A stretch of DNA of 64,000 bases from Rhina ancylostomus (taxonomy: Eukaryota): NCBI GenBank assembly GCA_030265395.1, contig JARFYF010000054.1, positions 23,046,169-23,110,168 on the forward strand. Direction: 5' to 3'. This document shows, one piece after another, positions 55,620 through 64,000 of this stretch. The notes below the pieces were generated by a model. That model saw only the letters and a list, made by a program, of their open reading frames with translations. It made no database searches and was not told where the DNA came from. Position 1 is the first letter of the stretch. Each line of letters opens with the position of its first letter. Position numbers and translations under genes: made by a program.

Positions 55620-58600
55620 GAACATGTTACAAGTTAAATCTCTCAAACCATCAGGAGAGTCTTTCGTAGAATTCCTTAAGCTTTAATATGATTGGGCTGG
55701 AGGTCCATGGAGATTATTTGGATCACTTTCACACACTGTGAGAAAATACATGGAGGTAAACTCCCATTGATGGTTTTGGCAAACAAAGTTGGATGTGGCC
55801 ACAAGTGTTTTTTTGCTGAGATTGAGATCAATAAATTCTTAACACCATTGGGAGGAAGACAAATTGGTTCCATGGATTGTCTCAAATGATGAATGCCAAA
55901 TATTAATTCACTAAATCCATTGAGGGCAATAAACCCAATTTGGCACTCCAATCTCACTGCTTTATCCAAAGATACATTCCATTCTTTAGTTTCATTTTGG
56001 TCACTGTGGTTACCATAATATCCACATTATGTACCAGAGTGGCACTATAAATGTGAACAGCTCCACTCTGCAGTAACTATAATTACAGCTAAGGAGAGAT
56101 GTATATTCATCTTCTCATTCTCCCTGCTCATGGTAGAGCTGGGATATTTTCCCTCTCCACTTTCATCACGGTATNNNNNNNNNNACCTACCTGATCTCGT
56201 CCTTCGGGAATCCAAACCTTCCTTTTTTTGAACATTCCAAACTTTTAGATGTCTTAAATTGAGATTAATATGATAATACACAGCCCACTAGCTGCACTGA
56301 AAATTAAAATTCTCGTCTGCTGCTCCTGATGAAGTGTTTCATCTAAAAAATAAACAGGACACGTAATGGGGATTATTAATCTAATGTACCCGTGCTGTTG
56401 ATGGCTCATCTTCACAAGGACCACCATCATGAGTACTTTTAGCTTGACTGATCGACCTTTACTCAGCAACCTTTGTGATGGACCAAGTCCTGCATTGATC
56501 AGCTGCAGTGGAACTAAAATGCAAAAGGGAAGCCCTCATAAATCAAGAACTATTTCACAAAGGGTTTGAGACAAATGGGTAGAGAAGAAGTGATAAATCT
56601 TCATTTTGGTAGGGAAGAGGAAAAGTGTGGAGGGCTCCATATCAAGGAATGCAGAAGTAAGGAGGTCAACCCACCCACCAGAAGGCTCCTCAATCAAATT
56701 GTCTGCTCTTGCTACACATCCCCGCAAAGTTAGATGGCCAGCAAAAAACATTTGGCTAGTTTCACTCTGGGTGGCTTAGAAGNNNNNNNNNNNNNNNNNN
56801 NNNNNNNNNNNNNNNNNNNNNNNNNNNNNNNNNNNNNNNNNNNNNNNNNNNNNNNNNNNNNNNNNNNNNNNNNNNNNNNNNNGAAGTTTAGATAAAAATT
56901 GACCTCTCCTCACCCCAACCAAGACCAAATGATAATCAGCCATGGTAGAGGAGGGTGGCATAGATGGTGATGGGAAGAGGGGTTTTGCAGGAGAGGAGGA
57001 TGTTCTATTTTTGGATGGAAAGGTTAAAAAAAACCTTCAAAAACAAATTCCAAATTTGGTCTGAAGTCAACAACTTGGACACATCCAAGCCCTGGTTTTC
57101 CTGCTGATTTTAACCTAATCTATGAGTAAAGCAATATGTCATTGGTGTAATCTATACTCTGCCTTTATTAGTATTGTGAATCAACTGGAGTTTTGCAGAA
57201 TACTTCAGTATATTCCTGGTTTAATTATTTGCTTGTTCTTTCTTTAATGGATTCAGTATTTTTTATTTAAAGCAAGGGAACACCACATATTGAAATTAAT
57301 TCATCACGTGTTAATATACTGTCTGGTTCTGTATTACTGAAGACCTTGATGTTGTTTATTATAATCAAGTTGCCATGACATTATGGTTATTTCATTTTCT
57401 GAAATGTTCCTCCTTGCTCCAATATTGTAACTGGGTTTTTCAAGACAAGCAGGAGAGTGTGCTCTGGACATTACCAACCCTGATTTACAGCTGTTACTGA
57501 GGGGGAAGGAAGCCTTCTTATTCCCTGCCCATCTTTCCTATCTCCTGCAGCACTCATTACAGAGACTGGAGTTAAATGCACGGTGAATTGTTCTCAATGG
57601 GCAGCTGTCTGTCAGGGGGGAAAGGGAATTCTTTTACGAAAGAAAAGGTTCTCCACTGGTGAACCTTTGGCCTGATAACTTACATTTGAAAACTTTGATA
57701 CCTAAATTTTCTGCAGGAAGTAATGTAAAATGTAATATTCCTGTTAACTATGTCCCCCAAAATATTCTGTCCCTTGAGAAAGAGAAAAACTATAAAATGC
57801 TTAAGCCTTTCCATAGAGAAGTACAAAATGATTTNNNNNNNNNNNNNNNNNNNNNNNNNNNNNNNNNNNNNNNNNNNNNNNNNNNNNNNNNNNNNNNNNN
57901 NNNNNNNNNNNNNNNNNNNNNNNNNNNNNNNNNNTTTATATAGTTTTCACATATTCAAAGCTATATGATTTCTGAGTTGACTTTTAATTTGAGTACCAAT
58001 AAGGATAAGAACACAGTGAAAATGGACTAAAATGGGAACTAAATCTGAAATACTGCTAACAGGACTTCAGTCCTCTATTCGTAATCCTACCAGCTGCAAA
58101 TTCCATCCTGAAATTTGGTTTATCCACAGTATGGGGGAATAGATAATACTGGCCAAACGTTTGTAAAATTGGCAGAAATCTGTTGCAACTTTCATCAATG
58201 TTATGCTTTGAGGTGCAACCTGTATTGGTGGTTGTTCTCCAGAAAGCTAAAGGTAGCAATAGATGGTCTGCACCAAATCACAGTTTCCTGTAGTTTAGTC
58301 TTGCAGCACCACCCTTATTCTGCACAGCAGATCTATCCCTTTGCCTATAACTGTATCAGTCACTACAAGAGAAACTTAAAAGGCAGATCAAATTTTATCT
58401 CTGGTATGTTTACATTTATTTCTTGAGCAAGGAAAATTATTAAGTATTGTTATCCAATTAGCTAAAATCAGCTGAACTATTAGAAGAGAAACTCAAAGGC
58501 CCTTTTGATTCAAATTAACACTCAAACCTAATGGATTTAAAGGTGTTTGGAAATTCTCAATGGAGGACAACAGTTCTGATTTAATATAGGCCATCACCAT

Positions 58601-59150
58601 AAGACTTAAAATAATTCAAGCAGTTCTGATAGCAGCTATAAATTCAGGCCTTCTTTGCATAGTGAAGATTAATGATGTATACATTGACTTCACCTGAATA
58701 AAATCTCATGATAAACTTCTGCAAGTTATTTCTAATCAATTTAGTAGCCCATATCCCAACAGGACCAATATTACTTTGACTGCAGATATAGAATTAAAAG
58801 AATAAAGTTTCAGAAATTCACTAAAAATATTTCTGTTATTAGCTGTTATTCTATAAAGACTAACCGTAACCCCCCCATGATACGAAGAGGAATAGAAGAA
58901 GCAGTGAACCTTCTTATTCATCTGTTACAATCCACAGTACTATCTTGTCAACCTTGTTGCAAGCAATTTGTACAGTTAAAATCCAATAAAAATAATTCTC
59001 ACAATCCCACATCTATTGTTGAAATCAAATCTTATTGTTTTGCCATTTCAGTTGTGTGACTGTAGATAAAAATTGGTGTCCACAAGTAATTATGCTTTTG
59101 AAGGAATTTGAAAATTCAGAATACATTAATTAGCATAGAAAGAACATTTT
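55620..59150 (-). mobile_element. Possible highly decayed L1/Tx1-type LINE
   Basis: Only weak minus-strand motifs (ADHLLL resembling YADDLLL near 58260); AT-rich. Confidence 0.25.
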
Positions 59151-59524
59151 AATATGCAAGCCTCGGCTTTAATTTTATCATTAACTGATTTCAACAACCA
59201 TAGTAATTTACCACAATACCCACTCTGAGCCACAAATTCAATACGTGCAGGTCATCCAACCTCACCAGTTCTTGCAAGTTTGTGCAGTCCTCCACTGCCT
59301 TCCCAAAATACCGCCCCTTTTCAAATTTCCTTTGGTATAAAATTGTCATGGCTATCAATTAAGTCTGTGATTAATTTAAGCTAATTAAAAGCGTCAGAAA
59401 AGCCACTCTGAGCTGTTGCAGATGATAATTTAAACTCAAAGCTGATTTAAATTAAAAGTAGGGTTATCAGGATAAAATTGTGTTCCTAGATAAAACCATT
59501 TTTGTTATGTATGTTTGTCCACAG

Positions 59525-60761
59525 GGATACTATGGAGAAGCGGCACTCCACCCATACTTCATCTCCGTCTGTAAATCAAGTTAACTCTTTGGGACACAAC
59601 CGTAGTTCCACTGAGCACAACAGAAATCATGTAAATAGTGAACTGCGTGATAAGGAAAAGCCAAGAGAACGAGAACGCGATCACACAGATACTTGGAAGG
59701 ACTCGTCTGTTGATGAGCACAAAGTTAAAGAAAACCATGCTCCTGATAAGGAGAGCCTGGGACTGGATGGCAGGATTGGGGAGGACTCCAACAAGCATAT
59801 GAACAGAGTCAATTCACCTTACGTCAGGCTGCCAAGCACAGACAGCACAAGGGCCAACAGCTACGCCAACCGAGAAGTAGATCGGAAAAGTGAGTCTTCG
59901 TATGACCATCAGAAGAAGAATAATGAAATTAAAGTAAAGGAGGAACGGAAGGAAGACAACGACATTATTTCAGAGGTGATTCAGACACAAAGGCCCTCTG
60001 AGCACTCCCAGCCCACTTCGTTGCCCAGTGTTCATCCTAGCCCCTCGATGACCTCCATGCCTATGGCTATGGCCATGAGTGGGGTGCATCCCATGAACAG
60101 CATTAATACACTGGACAGGACACGGATGGTAGCTCCTTTTATGGGGATTAGCCCAATACCTGGAAGTGAGCGCTTTCCATATCCTCCTTTCCACTGGGAT
60201 CCAATGAGGGATCCTTTGCGAGATCCATACAGGGGGTTGGACATTCATCGCAGAGATCCACTAGCCAGAGACTTCTTGTTGAGAAGTGACCCCTTGCAAC
60301 GTCTGTCAACACCAAGGTTTTATGAAGCAGAACGCTCTTACAGGGATAGGGAGCCCCACGACTACAACCGTGATCACCCATTAGCTATGGATCCCAGACG
60401 TGAGCATGAAAGAATGAGCCACTTGGAAGAACGAGAAAGACTGAACATGCTCAGAGACGACTACGAACATGGACGCCTTCATCCCAGCCATGCAGCTGCC
60501 CTGGATGGTCACATGCCTCATCCCAGTCTTTTAACACCAGGACTTCCTAGCATGCACTACCCTAGAGTGAGCCCTTCAGCAGCTCACCAGAATGGCATCC
60601 TCAATAAGACTCCTCCCACAGCAGCTCTGAGTGCTCCTCCCCCTCTCATACCGACAGGTGGGGCACGTGCTGGTTCTCCTCGAAGGACTACTCCTTTGAC
60701 TAGCACAGAGGCAAGAGACAGGCCCCCTTCTCACACACACAAAGACATTGAAGCACGATAA
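59525..60761 (+). CDS. AUTS2: AUTS2 terminal exon 19, coding part (1237 nt including TAA)
   Basis: gtttgtccacag|(R)DTMEKRH...KVKEERKED...[15 protein letters not shown]...[20 protein letters not shown]...KDIEAR*; lies within ORF 59502..60761. Confidence 0.97.
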
Positions 60762-61940
60762 TACAGACATGGAAAAATAAATGAAGGTAACCATTAAGGA
60801 CATCCTTCAATCAAGGTCACTTTTGTAGTGTGATAACCCACCGAATAAAGCATTGGACTTCATTGAACAGTAATCAGTGGGTGTGGCCTTCACCAACGTA
60901 AAAATGTAAAATTACTTTGCAGAAAATACACTTTTGTACATTTTAAGCTTAAATTTTGCAAATGTTTAATGTCAATTTGTTCCTTTCTTCCTGTTAATTT
61001 TATTTGTAGTATATATATAAAAATGTGTTGTGAAGAAAGAGCAAACTAAAAAGAGTAAGTGGTATATTTATCAAGGAATTGGGTATGTGGTAAATGAGGA
61101 GGCCGAAGAAAAAAAGCTAAATTGTCTTTGAAGAGTTATGGTTAAGACTTGGATTGAAGGAATCAAGCTGTATAGACAACTGTATAGAAGAAGTTCCTTG
61201 GCTGAATGGAACTTGGTACATATATGCAAAAAGGAGAAGACAAAAAGCTTTACCATGTACAAATGTAAATACATTGAAGGGCGACTGTTTGACAGTCGGT
61301 TCAGAAGCGTCGGACAAAGCGTGCTATTGGGAGATTAATTATCTGTTAACACAGTCTGCTTGTGCTGTGTTGGATAACTTTTTGTGGCTGTACAGATATT
61401 CCCAACTATGCAAGCAGGTGAATGCCCCGGCTTTTCATGTAAAAGTCTGCATTCCTCAATGGAGCCTTTTCAACACAATTCATTTAACCGCGTCTAGCAC
61501 ATTACATTGTGTCTAAGGATTGTAAACTATGTTAATGAAGTAAAATTAGTTCTGTTGGTCTAATAGTGTATTAAAGTGCTATCTGAAGTTGTTTATTCTG
61601 TTTTGAAAAAATTCTATCTATGACAGTTGTTTCTTATGAGCAGAGATCTATTTTAGTAGTCACCTGAAGGTTTAGTTGTGCGCTTCAAATTTGTGAACTC
61701 CTGATGTTGTGCAGTGTTTTTGAGAAACAAAAAAAATAATGTACACTGGATCAGTAGTGCTAGAACTCAATATTGCCTATAGATTTTCATTTGCAGATAT
61801 GCTGTTTATCATGTACGTAATGAAGTCCTTTACAGATCCTATTGTAAAGTGAAGCGACTCTGAATCTTCGGCATGTGCTTCATAAACAAAACTTGTGTTA
61901 TGTAAATTGTGCCATGTTATTAAAAAATTGAACTGAAGTG
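60762..61940 (+). other. AUTS2: AUTS2 3' UTR (end approximate)
   Basis: AT-rich sequence after the stop with no recognisable repeats; AATAAA at 60776 and 60844, ATTAAA at 61919; Pumilio-type TGTAAATA at 61264. Confidence 0.65.
61919..61924 (+). terminator. Probable distal polyadenylation signal ATTAAA
   Basis: Preceded by TGTA elements (tatgtaaattgtgccatgtt), followed by GT/T-rich sequence. Confidence 0.55.
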
Positions 61941-62582
61941 TTCTCAGTATAACTGTGCTGTAAGCTTGCATTGATATTCTTTGCTCTTTACTTATGACTA
62001 TTTCACAGAAAAAATTGGAGGTATATATGTTGACTTGGGAAGTGACCCAATGTTATATATTTTGGATGTATGAAAGAACTGGTGGTGGTGCAGCTATTTT
62101 AAAGATTTGTTTTATATCTCCAATAGCTTTCATCTGATTTGTCAAACCCTCTGGAAGGTGTTAACTCTCATTAAGATACACTTCCAAGACTGGGCTGTTT
62201 ACCAATACTTTGCCAAAGTGGCTGCTGTTGATAATGGAGCTGCAGCAAATAGTGCCGTCAGTTTTTTGAACAGCAGGCACCATCACAGTCAAGCTCAGTA
62301 TTATCCTCACTCAACTGCCAGACAATGCACTTTTAGCAGGGGACAGCTATGAGGAGCAGGGAGCCTTTTACACCTTTCCCCTACTGAGCCCACTGGCCAT
62401 TTCTATCAGTCTAATTGTTAATGAAGCTGAGGTGGGGCTGCTGGCTGGTGCAGTTTCCTCCCACCCTCAGGAACCTCATGACTGCAACTTCCTATTGACA
62501 CCTCAACTTTCCATGTATCATCTGGAGAAGAGACAAATCAATGACAGTGATGATTAATTGGATGATGGGGAGGGAGAGAGTT

Positions 62583-63690
62583 TAGAACACAGAACAGTAC
62601 AGCACAATACAGGCCCTTTGGCCCACAATGTTGTGCCGACCTTCAAACTTCGCCTAAGACTATCTAACCCTTCCTCCCTCATATCCATCTATTTTAAATT
62701 CCTCCGTATGCCTATCTAGTAATCTCTTTGAGTTTGACCAATGTACCTACCTTCACCACTGCCCCAGGCAGCACATTCCACATCCCAACCACTCTCTGGG
62801 TAAAAAAATCTTCCTCTGATATCTCCCTTGAACTTCCCACGCATTACTTTAAACCCATGCCCTCTTGTATTGAGCACTGGTGCCCTGGGGAAGAGGCACT
62901 GGCTGTCTACTCTATCTATTCCTCCTAATATTTTGTACACCTCTATCACGTCTCCTCTCATTCTCCTCTCCAAAGAGTAAAGCNNNNNNNNNNNNNNNNN
63001 NNNNNNNNNNNNNNNNNNNNNNNNNNNNNNNNNNNNNNNNNNNNNNNNNNNNNNNNNNNNNNNNNNNNNNNNNNNNNNNNNNNNNNNNNNNNNNNNNNNN
63101 NNNNNNNNNNNNNNNNNNNNNNNNNNNNNNNNNNNNNNNNNNNNNNNNNNNNNNNNNNNNNNNNNNNNNNNNNNNNNNNNNNNNNNNNNNNNNNNNNNNN
63201 NNNNNNNNNNNNNNNNNNNNNNNNNNNNNNNNNNNNNNNNNNNNNNNNNNNNNNNNNNNNNNNNNNNNNNNNNNNNNNNNNNNNNNNNNNNNNNNNNNNN
63301 NNNNNNNNNNNNNNNNNNNNNNNNNNNNNNNNNNNNNNNNNNNNNNNNNNNNNNNNNNNNNNNNNNNNNNNNNNNNNNNNNNNNNNNNNNNNNNNNNNNN
63401 NNNNNNNNNNNNNNNNNNNNNNNNNNNNNNNNNNNNNNNNNNNNNNNNNNNNNNNNNNNNNNNNNNNNNNNNNNNNNNNNNNNNNNNNNNNNNNNNNNNN
63501 NNNNNNNNNNNNNNNNNNNNNNNNNNNNNNNNNNNNNNNNNNNNNNNNNNNNNNNNNNNNNNNNNNNNNNNNNNNNNNNNNNNNNNNNNNNNNNNNNNNN
63601 NNNNNNNNNNNNNNNAACTTGATCCCACGACTTATGAAAGCTAACACCCCATGAGCTTTCTTAACTACCCTATCCACCTGTGAGGCAACT
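62583..63690 (-). mobile_element. CR1 LINE 3' portion downstream of AUTS2 (N gap inside)
   Basis: ORF MERRMRGDVIEVYKILGGIDRVD...NTRGHGFKVMRGKFKGDIRGRFF; also SQVDRVVKKAHGVLAFISRGI; tail agaacacagaacagtacagcac. Confidence 0.9.
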
Positions 63691-64000
63691 TTGATAGAGT
63701 TTGATAGAGATGACAAATACACATAGGCAAGAAAATGAGTGGTGCTGGTTGGCTAAAAGTTGCTTGACTACATTTTAAAGGGTGTAAAACTGCATTGTGT
63801 CAACTAAATAAAGTCCTTAAAAAGTCCCATAAACAACAGCCTTCAATGGTGAGGTTCCCAGAACAGGATCTGGGTTCTTCCTGTGTAATGATTTGCTGTA
63901 TCAGCTTCAGGACTGACTACCTGTGATTTATTGCAAGATTCTCCATTGCCAGCAATGAACCTCGGCATCCAGTCCTTGAAGGGACAGAGGCACTTTACAA

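Noticed and set aside
62880-63722. Long ORFs spanning N runs (also 28742-29327 and 55052-55288)
   Set aside because: Open only because N codons contain no stops

Overview
Eukaryotic, repeat-rich genomic DNA with many N gaps. The repeat complement (CR1/HER1-like LINEs, HE1-like tRNA SINEs, Penelope-like elements) points to a cartilaginous fish, probably a ray. The window holds the 3' part of one + strand gene, AUTS2: 13 coding exons matching human exons 7-19 (5636-60761) with canonical GT-AG sites and consistent phases, plus a 3' UTR to about 61940. Exon numbering and human comparisons are from memory. The most striking anomaly is in exon 9: right after an N gap, about 86 nt read on the minus strand as a bacterial cation/acetate symporter (ActP) peptide, [29 protein letters not shown], joined to AUTS2 through the HQHT-repeat codons. 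This is most likely a contaminant assembly chimera. Other points of interest: a candidate micro/poison exon upstream of exon 18, an alternative exon-9 donor, an exon-7 coding repeat expansion, a minisatellite born inside an L2 LINE, a perfect 23-bp hairpin and a strong CTCF-like site. I found no convincing new multi-gene system.
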